DNA of 64,000 nt from Candidatus Cloacimonadales bacterium (GCA_963667035.1 OY762964.1:2080001-2144000), one strand, 5' to 3'; positions 20,983 through 31,268 are shown, counted from the first letter of the stretch. Notes: generated by a model from the sequence alone, not told the origin. Program-made: numbers and translations.

Positions 20983-22185
20983 TTATGAAAAGAATATCTT
21001 TCTTGCCTGTATCAGTTTCATTTTTTTATCTTGGGGAACATATTCAATCAATATACTGATAACAATTGAAAAGAATAAAGCAATAAAGAAAGAAACAACA
21101 CAAACAATTGCTCTTTTAGGTTTAACTCTTAATCCTGGTAAATCAGCATTAGAGATAATGTTAATAGTTGGCAAGTCTTTCAGCTCTTCCATTTTAGCAA
21201 GTTCATATTGAGGATAAAGGAATTCATAAATCTTTCTATTTATCTTCAATTTCATTTCCAGAATTTGAGACTGCATAGCAATTGAAGGGATATCATTAAT
21301 CGGAACTATAAATTCGGAAATTCCACCGACAGTCTCCATATTATCAATCTTCTTCTGGAGTTCATCCCTCTTAAGAACTAACTCATTTAACATTGGAGAT
21401 TTATCACCATAGAGTTCTTTACTAATAGTAATTTGAATATTGGTTTTTGTTAACTCTGCGACTAAATCAGAATACATGGTTAAAATTTTTGATGTCTGAT
21501 CTTCTATTGAAATCATTTTGCTATCTTCTTTCTGAGCCAAGATTTGTGCAGTTAACTCGTTAAACTCTTTATCAATCTCTTGAACTCTCTCTTCCATAAA
21601 GATACGTTTCAGTTTACCTTTAGTCATGTTTTCATTCTGATTATAGTAAACTAATTCAGTCAAAACGTATTCAACTATATCTTTAGATAGTTGCTTATCA
21701 AAAGTATTAGCGGAAACAGTAATTGAATTCGTTTCTTTATCATAAAAGATACCAAATGTCTCTTTTTTTAACTTCTTTATAGCTTTATCCATTTCCTTAA
21801 GAGAATCTTTTTCGGAAATCTCGTAATAAGTTATCAAATCAAATTTTCTTACAATCTTCTTTGCAAAATCCCTACTATCAAGAATTAAAAGGTTATTCAT
21901 TGATTCTTCAGAAGCAAATCCACCCATGAAATCTAATCCCATTCCACCTAAAATAGAATTACCCATACTTGCACTCATATCATCTGAAAGAGTAATAAAA
22001 GTTGCTGATGACCCCCAAACTTCCTTGGCTAGTAAACTATATGCTACAGCTGCGATACTAACTACAATTGTAATAATAAAAATCAACCATTTATGCTTTG
22101 CTATAGTTATTAATATATCAAATACATCAAAATCTGCATCATTTGTTCTAGTAGTATTATTCATAAGCTTCCTATCATCTTTCAT
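20983..22185 (-). CDS. Wzz/GumC-type polysaccharide chain-length regulator
   Basis: N- and C-terminal TMs around a coiled coil; A.LP..RVKPKR motif. Confidence 0.85.
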   Translation of the reverse strand: MKDDRKLMNNTTRTNDADFDVFDILITIAKHKWLIFIITIVVSIAAVAYSLLAKEVWGSSATFITLSDDMSASMGNSILGGMGLDFMGGFASEESMNNLLILDSRDFAKKIVRKFDLITYYEISEKDSLKEMDKAIKKLKKETFGIFYDKETNSITVSANTFDKQLSKDIVEYVLTELVYYNQNENMTKGKLKRIFMEERVQEIDKEFNELTAQILAQKEDSKMISIEDQTSKILTMYSDLVAELTKTNIQITISKELYGDKSPMLNELVLKRDELQKKIDNMETVGGISEFIVPINDIPSIAMQSQILEMKLKINRKIYEFLYPQYELAKMEELKDLPTINIISNADLPGLRVKPKRAIVCVVSFFIALFFSIVISILIEYVPQDKKMKLIQARKIFFS

Positions 22186-22221
22186 GTTGTAATTATGTTA
22201 TTGTTCTTAAGTATACAATTA

Positions 22222-22299
22222 TGGTCGGGATGACAGGATTCGAACCTGCGACCACTTGAACCCCATTCAAGTGCGCTACCCGGACTGCGCTACATCCCG
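22222..22299 (-). tRNA. tRNA-Pro (GGG)
   Basis: Minus strand CGGGATGTAGCGCAGTCCGGGTAGCGCACTTGAAT-GGG-GTTCAAGTGGTCGCAGGTTCGAATCCTGTCATCCCGACCA; cloverleaf, T-loop, encoded CCA. Confidence 0.97.
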
Positions 22300-22507
22300 A
22301 CTCACAAATCTACTTTTTATCTGTTGATTTTGTTGGCAAGTAAAAAGTATCAAACTACCAATATCTGCATTGCAAAACACTAATTACACCGTTATCATAT
22401 TGAATTACCATCATTATTCATCTGTCTACACTAACAATTATCCTTGCTATAAATTAGGATTTACACATTTTCCGATTATAATAACAAGAAAGAGTATTGG
22501 AGGATAG

Positions 22508-23524
22508 ATGAAGAAGATAAATTTGATATTAATCCTATTTTCCCTAATAGGAATTCTATCAGCTCAAAATATTCTACTTTGGGATAACGACAACTATTCC
22601 AGCTTCGTTCAGCCCGGTGATGAATACTATACCGGTACGGAAGTTGCTGTTGGTCGCTCATTGCTAAGAAACGGGCTGACATTTGAAGAAACAACCATAT
22701 TACCCGGAGATTTATCGCAGTATGACGCTGTCTTTGTGACATTAGGCGTTTACTGCCTTTCCTGAGGAGTCACTCCTCCGGGATCAATAGGCTCGGTCGA
22801 GCTAAACATTTTAGTTAATTACTTAAACCAAGGTGGTGCACTTTATATTGAAGGTGTTGATTTTGTTAATGATTACTCATCAACACCATTAATTGATTTC
22901 TTTGGTGTTACAATAGGTAGTACAGGATTAGGCGGAGGAATAGAACAACTCACAGGTTTAGACGGTTCTATTGCCGAAGGTCTTGAATATCAATATCTAA
23001 CCGGAGAGTATCCTGATTATTTAGTAGATGAGATTGTTTTGAACGGAGCAACAGCCGTGTTAAACTCAAATGATGGTAATGTAAGAGTAACTTCTTATCA
23101 ATCAGGAAGCTATCGCACTATTGCTTCTGCTATAGCTATGGGTGGTATTTATGATAGCGAAGAACATACTAGAGCGGATTTGATGGAAAGATACCTAAGG
23201 TTTTTAATACCTGCTATTTCCAATAATGAAGATACTCAGCCAATAGCTAAAGTTGAACTGCATTCTGCTTACCCTAATCCGTTTAATCCTACAACAAATA
23301 TTAGCTTCACATTACCTGAAAATCAAGCTTACTCTTTAAGTATCTATGATATAAAAGGGAGACTTGTTAAAGTCCTTTCAGAAGGATTTGGTAACAAAGG
23401 AATGAACCGTTTTGTCTGGAACGGCACTAACAATGAGAATCAAGCAGTTGGTAGCGGTGTATATCTTTGCAGACTTAATACAAAAGGTAGTTCTAAAACC
23501 ATTAAATTAACAATGATTAAATAA
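22508..23524 (+). CDS. Putative secreted selenoprotein (338 aa, Sec at codon 86, CxxU) with T9SS type A C-terminal domain
   Basis: ORFs 22508-22765 and 23039-23524 are in the same frame and the gap is stop-free: YDAVFVTLGVYCLS-TGA-GVTPPGSIGSVELNILVNYLNQGGALYIEG...; signal peptide; YPNPFNP...GSGVYLCRL..KLTMIK. Confidence 0.8.
22788..22804 (+). promoter_or_regulatory. Candidate bacterial SECIS hairpin
   Basis: TAGGCTC-GGTC-GAGCTA; apical loop GGUC starts 29 nt after the TGA; locally GC-rich synonymous codons. Confidence 0.55.
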
Positions 23525-23540
23525 CTTTTAAGCTATATAC

Positions 23541-23573
23541 AAAAGAAGGGTAGTTGATTTCAACTACCCTTTT
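23541..23573. terminator. Bidirectional terminator
   Basis: AAAAG-AAGGGTAGTTGA-TT-TCAACTACCCTT-TT between convergent genes. Confidence 0.8.
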
Positions 23574-23589
23574 CATCTATAATTATAAT

Positions 23590-26589
23590 CTATTTTATCA
23601 ATCTGAATGTTCTTATTTCGTAAGGAGTAAAACCAAGGTCGATGCAATTAGTGTTTTCAGCAACAACTTCATTTCCTTCTTCAAGTAAATTGGTCTCAAT
23701 AATCTTACTCCAGCTTGTATCAGAGAAGAAGGATACATCAACAGGACGACCGCATGTTTCGTACAATCTGACAATGACATCTTTTCCATCTTCTGAAGGT
23801 TTTACAGTCTCAATTTCCACTTGTATAGCAGGATTTGCATTGTTCTGTTCTATTCTGAAACCTGTTCGATCCGAAATGTTTCTGTTATCACCTAAGTGTA
23901 TAAGAACAGGAGAGTTTAACTCATGTGCAGATTGCAAGACTTCAGAATGAGTATAATCCCCCATGTGAGGAAGATATGCAAAAGTAAACTTATGAATCCT
24001 CATATCACATTCTGCATCAGGATGTTTAGGGCTTCTGAGAAGGGTTAACTCCATCACGTTATCTCTGATTCTGTGACCATACTTACAATCGTTTAACAAG
24101 GCAAATCCATAATCCGGTTCGGAAAGATCAGCAAATCTATGAGCTACTGTTTCAAACTTAGCAGCATCCCAACTTGTATTATCATGAGTTGGACGTTTTA
24201 AGCTACCATATTGAATCTCGTAAGTCGCCTCTCCTTTGTGGATTGTTGTTTCTGCTCCAACACGAAGCATCTTTCTATCTTCTTTCCAATCAACTTCAGT
24301 CTCAATAGTCACTTGTCTGGAGTTCTCTTCAATAGAGACAATCTGTGAGACATTTGATTTCCCTACAGTGAACTCCAATCCAACTTTTATTAAATCATCT
24401 GATTGAGCAATTATTTTTGCAGAGATTAGTTTTGCTTGTTCCGGAATAGTTTCCATGTAGAAGTGGTTAATATCCCAAGCGTCCCAATTATTAGGTTTAT
24501 CCTCCCATAGAAGGATAGTGTTTGCTCTGCTTTTAATAGTCTCACGATGTGCTTCTTTATCATAGATTGAAGTTATCTCACCGGTTTCAGGAGAGAAATC
24601 TACACTAATAACATTGTTCTCAAGGTGGAAATCAAATTCCATTTCCTCTTGTTCTAGAGATGAAACACCGGGTAATGTTTTTAGTTCTTCTTTATCAATC
24701 TTAGTATAACCCATGGCAGGAATAGTAACAGGTACAGTGATTCCATCTTCCAGCATAACAAGTAGTTCTTCTCTATCCCAGCTAAGAGTATTAACTAAAT
24801 AATAAGCCTCTTCCCCATCTCCAAAAAGCTTTTTAAGCATCGAATCTTTAATCTCACTCAATTTAGTTAGATTCTCTTCGGACATTTTGTGTGCATCTTC
24901 ATAAACCCATTTGATTGAAGAACCAGGAAGTATGTCATGGAATTGATTCAGAAGTGTATTCTTCCAAATCTTATCTATTTCTTCTTTTGGCATCATATCG
25001 GATAATACAGCCAGGAACTCAACATCTCTGAGTGTTAGTTCCAATAACCTGTTATACTTCTTCATTAATGCTTGCGAAGTATATGTTCCTCTATGATATT
25101 CCAGATACAATTCTCCTACCCATGTAGGTAGTTTTTCTTTAGGAATTCTGTTAATCTTTTCAAAGAACTCTTCAGCGAAAGCAAATTTGAACTTAGGAGT
25201 ACCTTCAAGATTCTGTTGTCTTTTTCCAAATTCAATATGCAGTCTTCCCGGTCCGCCACCACCGTCTCCGATACCATACAGATTCAAGAATTCATCGGAA
25301 ACATCTGATTGGGCGTACCTATCAGCACTCTTTCTTAACTGCTCAGGCCAATTAGCAAGATTATAGTCATTAGTCGGGAGGAAGTGAGTCAAAATTTGTG
25401 TACCGTCAATTCCTTCCCAATAGAATGTATGATGAGGGAACTGATTAGTTTCATTCCAAGATATCTTCTGAGTCATGAAATAATCAACTCCACATTTCTT
25501 TAGAATCTGAGGTAATGCTGCGGAATAGCCAAAGACATCAGGCAACCATAGATTTCTGACATCTTTTCCAAACTCATCCATGTACAACTTCTTACCATAC
25601 AAACATTGGCGGACAAGTGCCTCACCACCGCTTATATTCATATCAGGTTCTACCCACATAGCACCTTGAAGCTCCCATCTTCCAGCCTTCACAGCTTCTT
25701 TCACTTCTTCAAAGAGTTGAGGATATTCCTCTTTTACCCATTCGTAAAGCTGAGGTTGAGATGCTCCGAATTTGTATTCAGGGAATTCATCCATCATTCT
25801 TAGAGCAGTAGAGAATGTTCTACCGCCTTTTCTTTTAGTCTCTCTTACAGGCCATAGCCAGCCTAAATCTAAGTGAGCATGTCCAATAGAGTAAACAGTC
25901 AGTTCACTTGCATTGGCAGGCTTATTTAAAAGCTCTTTTGTTATATCTAGACACTTCTTGATTCCGGTTCCATCTTTGTAACAATTACAAACCTCATTGA
26001 TGCCATATAGTATCTTCTGGAATCGTGTCGAATTTCTATCCAATTGTTCAGCGAGAGCAATAAGAACTCTCAAATCTAGGTTAAGTTCATATATGTCTTC
26101 ATTTAGACATGCAATCTCGGCTTGTTTGAGAATGTATTTTTCATCTTTAGCTCCAAACAAATCATTAGCACCTGCATCAAACATCAAATCAATATCTTCT
26201 CCGCCTTCCGCATATTCAAACAAAGGAACCCATGCTTTACCCACATGATGATGGTCATCCCTTTTATAAGTAATTGCCACGTGAGGTGAACCATCTTTAA
26301 AGTATAAGCCTTCACCTGCTATATCAATAATGACACCAACTTTTCGCCCTTTAAACTCTTGTGGAACTTTACCCTTAAACTTAAACCAAGCACATCCCCA
26401 ATTGTCAGCCCAGCAATCACCGATATTAATGGGAGTATATTCCGCTTTTATAGCTTCTTCATAAGAAATAGGAACTATTTTATCGTATATGTAGCTTACA
26501 TTCAAGTCCACACCTTTTGTATAGCGTAGATTGAATAGTTCATAAGTGAGTCTTCTTGCTCTATCAAGATAAATATTAATATTCTTCAT
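23590..26589 (-). CDS. Alpha-mannosidase, GH38
   Basis: GHAHLDLGWLWP, WLPDVFGYS, GDGGGGP, GELYLEYHRGTYTSQ, NQFHDILPGS. Confidence 0.95.
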   Translation of the reverse strand: MKNINIYLDRARRLTYELFNLRYTKGVDLNVSYIYDKIVPISYEEAIKAEYTPINIGDCWADNWGCAWFKFKGKVPQEFKGRKVGVIIDIAGEGLYFKDGSPHVAITYKRDDHHHVGKAWVPLFEYAEGGEDIDLMFDAGANDLFGAKDEKYILKQAEIACLNEDIYELNLDLRVLIALAEQLDRNSTRFQKILYGINEVCNCYKDGTGIKKCLDITKELLNKPANASELTVYSIGHAHLDLGWLWPVRETKRKGGRTFSTALRMMDEFPEYKFGASQPQLYEWVKEEYPQLFEEVKEAVKAGRWELQGAMWVEPDMNISGGEALVRQCLYGKKLYMDEFGKDVRNLWLPDVFGYSAALPQILKKCGVDYFMTQKISWNETNQFPHHTFYWEGIDGTQILTHFLPTNDYNLANWPEQLRKSADRYAQSDVSDEFLNLYGIGDGGGGPGRLHIEFGKRQQNLEGTPKFKFAFAEEFFEKINRIPKEKLPTWVGELYLEYHRGTYTSQALMKKYNRLLELTLRDVEFLAVLSDMMPKEEIDKIWKNTLLNQFHDILPGSSIKWVYEDAHKMSEENLTKLSEIKDSMLKKLFGDGEEAYYLVNTLSWDREELLVMLEDGITVPVTIPAMGYTKIDKEELKTLPGVSSLEQEEMEFDFHLENNVISVDFSPETGEITSIYDKEAHRETIKSRANTILLWEDKPNNWDAWDINHFYMETIPEQAKLISAKIIAQSDDLIKVGLEFTVGKSNVSQIVSIEENSRQVTIETEVDWKEDRKMLRVGAETTIHKGEATYEIQYGSLKRPTHDNTSWDAAKFETVAHRFADLSEPDYGFALLNDCKYGHRIRDNVMELTLLRSPKHPDAECDMRIHKFTFAYLPHMGDYTHSEVLQSAHELNSPVLIHLGDNRNISDRTGFRIEQNNANPAIQVEIETVKPSEDGKDVIVRLYETCGRPVDVSFFSDTSWSKIIETNLLEEGNEVVAENTNCIDLGFTPYEIRTFRLIK

Positions 26590-28069
26590 TCTTAACCTCT
26601 ATTTTATCAATAACTTGTTGCCTATAAGATTCAAAATCATAACCTGATTCTCTTAGGTATTTTAAATGCTTCTCAATGACACTTTTAAAACTCTCAAAGT
26701 CTTTATTCTCATCAGTTGTCCAAACTATCTCTGAAAGAGAGAAGATTCGGGGTATCAACATATATTCAAACTCATTTTCCGTATAAATATGCTCAGTCCA
26801 GATATTAGCTTGAGCTCCCAGAATAAGCTTACGCTGTTCAGTATTCAATTCTTCCGGTATTGGATTATATTTATAGACATCTTCCCAGGAAAGAATAGGC
26901 AAATTAACTTTCTTATCTTCCGGGAAAGGTCTTTTATCAAAGTAGAGATTAGCCCAAGGTGTCATAATCGCTTGGTTACCGTGTTGAACTGCAGCCACAC
27001 CACCTCCAATTCCTCTCCAAGACATTACAACGGCTGTATCCGCCAGTCCACCTTCAAGTATTTCGTCCCAACCTATCAGAGCTTTACCTTTTGATAGGAG
27101 ATGCTTCTCAATTTGTCTAATGAACCAACTTTGGAGTTCTTCTTCATTCTTCAAATCTTCTTCTTGAATACGCTTCCGGCAATCAGGACATTCCTTCCAT
27201 CTGGTTTTCGGACATTCGTCCCCCCCTATATGGAAATATTTACTAGGGAATAACTCGCAAACTTCATCAATAATATCTCTCAGGAACTCAAAAGTACTGT
27301 CTTTCCCTGCACAATAAACTTCATCCGATACTCCCCAGTCATTCCATACTTCCATTTCCATTCCGGTACAAGAGTACTCAGGATAGGCAGAAAGAGCTGC
27401 CTGAGCATGCCCTGGAAGCTCTATTTCTGGAATCACATCAATAGATAGTTTCTCGGCATAAGCAACTACTTCCTTGATTTCCTTTTGTGTATAGAAACCA
27501 CCATAAACAGTTCCATCTTTCTCTTTCCTCCAACCGGCATGAGAAGTTAGTTTAGGATACTTCTTTATCTCTATTCTCCAGCCTTGATCCTCAGTTAAAT
27601 GCCAATGGAACTTGTTCAGCTTATACAAAGCCATTAAATCAAGTTGCTTTTTTATAAATTCAATAGAGAAGAAATGCCTACAAACATCAATGTGTAAGCC
27701 TCTCCACTCAAAAGCGGGAAAATCATTAATGATTCCACATTGGATTATAGTCTCTTCTTTATCCTTCGACACCACCATTTGTCTTAATGATTGCAAAGCA
27801 TAAAAGACACCTGTATAGGTTGAAGCGGCTATTCCAATTGAGTTCTCTATAACGGAGAGCTTGTATTCTTCCGTTTTCATAAAATCATTCTTCAGAATAT
27901 GAATCAGAATGCCACTGTCTTTAACGGGTTTCTTACCAAGTATATCTGTAAGATGTTTCTCAATAGTATCAAGTCTGTCATGAAAATGAGTACTATCTAC
28001 TCTATATTCTTGCAGTCTTATTATATCAGGTAGAGTATGAACTTCTTTAGGTTGAGGAATAATTCTCAT
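26576..28069 (-). CDS. Beta-N-acetylhexosaminidase, GH20
   Basis: WRGLHIDVCRHF, HWHLTEDQGWR, PEIELPGH, HIGGDE, WTEH. Confidence 0.95.
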   Translation of the reverse strand: MRIIPQPKEVHTLPDIIRLQEYRVDSTHFHDRLDTIEKHLTDILGKKPVKDSGILIHILKNDFMKTEEYKLSVIENSIGIAASTYTGVFYALQSLRQMVVSKDKEETIIQCGIINDFPAFEWRGLHIDVCRHFFSIEFIKKQLDLMALYKLNKFHWHLTEDQGWRIEIKKYPKLTSHAGWRKEKDGTVYGGFYTQKEIKEVVAYAEKLSIDVIPEIELPGHAQAALSAYPEYSCTGMEMEVWNDWGVSDEVYCAGKDSTFEFLRDIIDEVCELFPSKYFHIGGDECPKTRWKECPDCRKRIQEEDLKNEEELQSWFIRQIEKHLLSKGKALIGWDEILEGGLADTAVVMSWRGIGGGVAAVQHGNQAIMTPWANLYFDKRPFPEDKKVNLPILSWEDVYKYNPIPEELNTEQRKLILGAQANIWTEHIYTENEFEYMLIPRIFSLSEIVWTTDENKDFESFKSVIEKHLKYLRESGYDFESYRQQVIDKIEVKNEEY

Positions 28070-28079
28070 TTATAGCTCC

Positions 28080-31000
28080 CTAATAAGTAAATAGTTTCTG
28101 TAAGTCATCCATAGTTAACGCCTGGAACACGCTTTCTCCTTGTTCAATTATATAATCAAACAGTTCTTTTTTATTTTTTTGAAGGCTCAATATCTTCTCT
28201 TCAACAGTTCCTTTTGTTATAAGTTTATAGACCTGCACTTTCTTGGTTTGCCCAATCCTATGTGTTCTATCAATTGCTTGATTCTCAACCATAGGATTCC
28301 ACCAAGGATCAACAATGATAACAGTATCAGCTGATGTAAGATTTATTCCAAATCCTCCGGTCTTCAAACTGATAAGAAATACTCTTAAGTTATGATTATC
28401 GTTAAAATGGTCAATTCTTGCTTGTCGGTTCTTAGTTGCTCCGTCCATGTATTCATAAGGTACCTGCATTTGATTAAGCATGTTTTTAACTATTTTCAGC
28501 ATCTCAACAAACTGACTGAACACCAGTATCTTTCTTCCGCTATCCAATGCCTCTCTCAAAAGCTCTTTCAACATCTCGGTTTTTCCCGATAGTTCGTCAT
28601 CAGTTTTAAAGCTATCATCAATCAGAGCAGGATGATTGCATATTTGTCTCAATTTAGTTAATCCTGCTAATATATGAATGTAAGAAGACTTGGTTCTGTT
28701 TACGCTACCATCATCATTAAACACGGGCATAAGTGATTTCTTAATCTCTTCAAGTACTTGTAAATATACTTTTTCTTGTATAGGTAGCATCTTAGCTGGA
28801 ATAATCTGTTCTTGTTTATCAGGTAACTCAACAAGCACATCCTTTTTCTTTCTTCTCAGAATAAAAGGTGCGATTAGAGATGTAAGCTTTGCCGTATCTT
28901 CTTTAGTAGTATACATATTCTTAAATCTCTTTCTTGATGGCAGTAATCCCGGCATTAAGAAGTCAAAAATCGACCATAGTTCATCCAGATTATTCTCCAT
29001 TGGTGTTCCCGAGAGAGCTAATCTTCTTTCGGTAGTAAGTTTCTTTATCGCTTTAGTTCTATGAGACGCTACATTCTTAATATGCTGAGCTTCATCGAGA
29101 ATGACATATCTGAATTTCTTTTTCTTCAAATCTTCCAAGTCGTTAACAATTATCGAGAAAGAAGCTATCACGATACCGGATTGCATATTCTTAAGCAGAA
29201 TCTTTCTTTGATTCTTGTTACCTTCCAACACAATGAACGGTAAGGCAGGATTAAATTTGCTTATCTCCGCAGCCCAGTTATAAACTAATGTTTTCGGACA
29301 AACGACCATAGATAGTGAATCTGAAGACTGACTTGAAAGTAGCGATATTGCCTGAATGGTTTTTCCTAGACCCATTTCATCGGCAAGTATACCTCCCAAG
29401 TGAAAACGTTCCAACATTTTCATCCAATAAAATCCCGACTTCTGATAATTACGCATTATAGAATTCAATGAAGGCGGAATATCAACTTTCTTAGCTCTTC
29501 CACGTGTCATTATCTCATTGTACATAGTAGAAAGAAATTTGTCTCCAAAGACTTTTATTGCAGGATTTGATTCTGACAGAGTATGAAGATAAGGGAGGTT
29601 ATAAGTTGCCATTCCATAAATCTTATCCTTTTGTCCTTCGGATTTCTCTATGAGTTTTTCAACATCATCAAACGCTTTTCTATCCATAAAGTATAGTAGT
29701 CTTCCATCTTGCAGTTTCATGAACTTCTGCTTTGTTTTAAAGAATTTCTTTAGTTCTGCATGAGTAAAACTCATATCTTTATAGCGGTACTTCACTTCAT
29801 AATCAAACCAATCTATGTCTTCTTTACTCTTAGCTTGAATCTCTACATTCAACTGAACTTTGTAAACAAACTCTTTCTTAAGTTCAGGAGACACTTCAAT
29901 GTTCCAATTCTCTTCCGAGAGTTCAAAGATAGCTTTCTTAAGCAATTCAACTTGAACTTCACCTTCAAATTCGAGAGCCATATTCTCATTCAGCTTATAG
30001 ATCTGATGTAAAGGTAATGACATTAAGAAGGTGGTAACCTCATTAATTGTCTGAGGTGGAACATAGAACCAGCTCTCTTTACCGTCTTTTCCGTATTTAA
30101 TAAGATTTGCATCCATTCTAAGTAATGAGATAGGCAGTTTCCATTCGGGAGAGTACTCCAAATAACCATCCATATTCACTTTGTTATCTACTTTTCTCAA
30201 ATGGAAATTAACGGTCGGTCTATTATCATAGACTTCCGGCAAAGTAATATTTTCATCAAAATCCAAGTATGACTGCATCAAAGCAAGTTGCTTGGAAACA
30301 ACTGAATGATAATAGATTAAGTCATGCTTCTTTAGATGTAAGCCACCAGTAATAATCTCATTTATTATATCTTTCTGGAACGGTAAGAATTTTGTGTATA
30401 TGGCATTTCTAATGAATATATATGTTGTATTACCGATAAAGAAAGTTCCAATCTTTTCTTTGCTGTTGTGAGTCAGTATATAATTATCCTCATCAATCTT
30501 ACGAACTCTGAAGTTAAGTGATAGTGGCTCATCAGAGAAATGGATTCTATCTCCGGTCTCTTTGATAAAGACTTTATGCTGTAATAACTTTAAGGTTGGT
30601 AAGATGTTTATAAAGTCTTCTTTGTAAATCGTGTAAAATACACCTTTGTTGCTGTAAGAACATTTATGTGTCTGTATAAGTCTATGTAGAAGAACCTCTT
30701 CGTCAGGAAGCAACATAATGTGTTTCTTTGCTTTATCCAATTCTGTCGGAGATTCGTTAATCGGTTCTTTCCCTGCTATTAGAGTTGAAATCAACCTTAT
30801 ATTGAGAGGAGCATACTTGGTGAAATAGATTCTAATTTTGTCAGTTCTGGGATTGTATATATCACTAATCTCTATCTCACTTTGAAGTATCAGTTTCTCC
30901 CAATACTCATTAAAGTTCAAGACATTCTTCTGGTAAGTGATTCGTTCTGAACCGTCTATAATGTCAGTACTGAGATACTTATAAGCATAATCCAGAACGG

Positions 31001-31268
31001 TAAAATAGTGTTCACATGATTCTTGCGAAATGCATTCTTTGCAATTATGTTCAAGTATGACTTCCTCAATCGGATCATATATAATCTTCATATTAAGAGC
31101 AAGTCTTGGTTGTCTTTCTCGATCAGCATTAAAGTGGAAGATAATGTTTCCCTGTTCATCCTTATATTTCCAATAAAACAGGTCATCGGGAGTAGTCTCA
31201 AAAATAGCTTTTTTATAAGTCCATGTGTTGGAATACTGGTGATATTCCTTTCTAAACAGTCGGGCCAT
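28080..31268 (-). CDS. SNF2-family helicase with N-terminal SWIM-like zinc finger
   Basis: Start moved to ATG 31268 (SD AGAGG); CKEC..CEH; LADEMGLGKT, DEAQ, SGTP.EN, DPWWNP..ENQAIDR.HRIGQ. Confidence 0.93.
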   Translation of the reverse strand: MARLFRKEYHQYSNTWTYKKAIFETTPDDLFYWKYKDEQGNIIFHFNADRERQPRLALNMKIIYDPIEEVILEHNCKECISQESCEHYFTVLDYAYKYLSTDIIDGSERITYQKNVLNFNEYWEKLILQSEIEISDIYNPRTDKIRIYFTKYAPLNIRLISTLIAGKEPINESPTELDKAKKHIMLLPDEEVLLHRLIQTHKCSYSNKGVFYTIYKEDFINILPTLKLLQHKVFIKETGDRIHFSDEPLSLNFRVRKIDEDNYILTHNSKEKIGTFFIGNTTYIFIRNAIYTKFLPFQKDIINEIITGGLHLKKHDLIYYHSVVSKQLALMQSYLDFDENITLPEVYDNRPTVNFHLRKVDNKVNMDGYLEYSPEWKLPISLLRMDANLIKYGKDGKESWFYVPPQTINEVTTFLMSLPLHQIYKLNENMALEFEGEVQVELLKKAIFELSEENWNIEVSPELKKEFVYKVQLNVEIQAKSKEDIDWFDYEVKYRYKDMSFTHAELKKFFKTKQKFMKLQDGRLLYFMDRKAFDDVEKLIEKSEGQKDKIYGMATYNLPYLHTLSESNPAIKVFGDKFLSTMYNEIMTRGRAKKVDIPPSLNSIMRNYQKSGFYWMKMLERFHLGGILADEMGLGKTIQAISLLSSQSSDSLSMVVCPKTLVYNWAAEISKFNPALPFIVLEGNKNQRKILLKNMQSGIVIASFSIIVNDLEDLKKKKFRYVILDEAQHIKNVASHRTKAIKKLTTERRLALSGTPMENNLDELWSIFDFLMPGLLPSRKRFKNMYTTKEDTAKLTSLIAPFILRRKKKDVLVELPDKQEQIIPAKMLPIQEKVYLQVLEEIKKSLMPVFNDDGSVNRTKSSYIHILAGLTKLRQICNHPALIDDSFKTDDELSGKTEMLKELLREALDSGRKILVFSQFVEMLKIVKNMLNQMQVPYEYMDGATKNRQARIDHFNDNHNLRVFLISLKTGGFGINLTSADTVIIVDPWWNPMVENQAIDRTHRIGQTKKVQVYKLITKGTVEEKILSLQKNKKELFDYIIEQGESVFQALTMDDLQKLFTY

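Noticed and set aside
22222..22299. tRNA-Pro as attachment site of an integrated island or prophage
   Set aside because: No integrase, phage genes or duplicated tRNA 3' end found in the window.
22763..22765. Genome-wide UGA=Trp/Gly recoding
   Set aside because: Other genes end in TGA (e.g. the hisC-like gene at 34618 and several ATGA overlaps), and long ORFs use TGG for conserved Trp without interruption.
28080..31268. SNF2 helicase as part of an anti-phage system (DISARM/Zorya-type)
   Set aside because: The SWIM-SNF2 architecture is the common stand-alone bacterial type, and no methylase, nuclease or other defence partners are adjacent.
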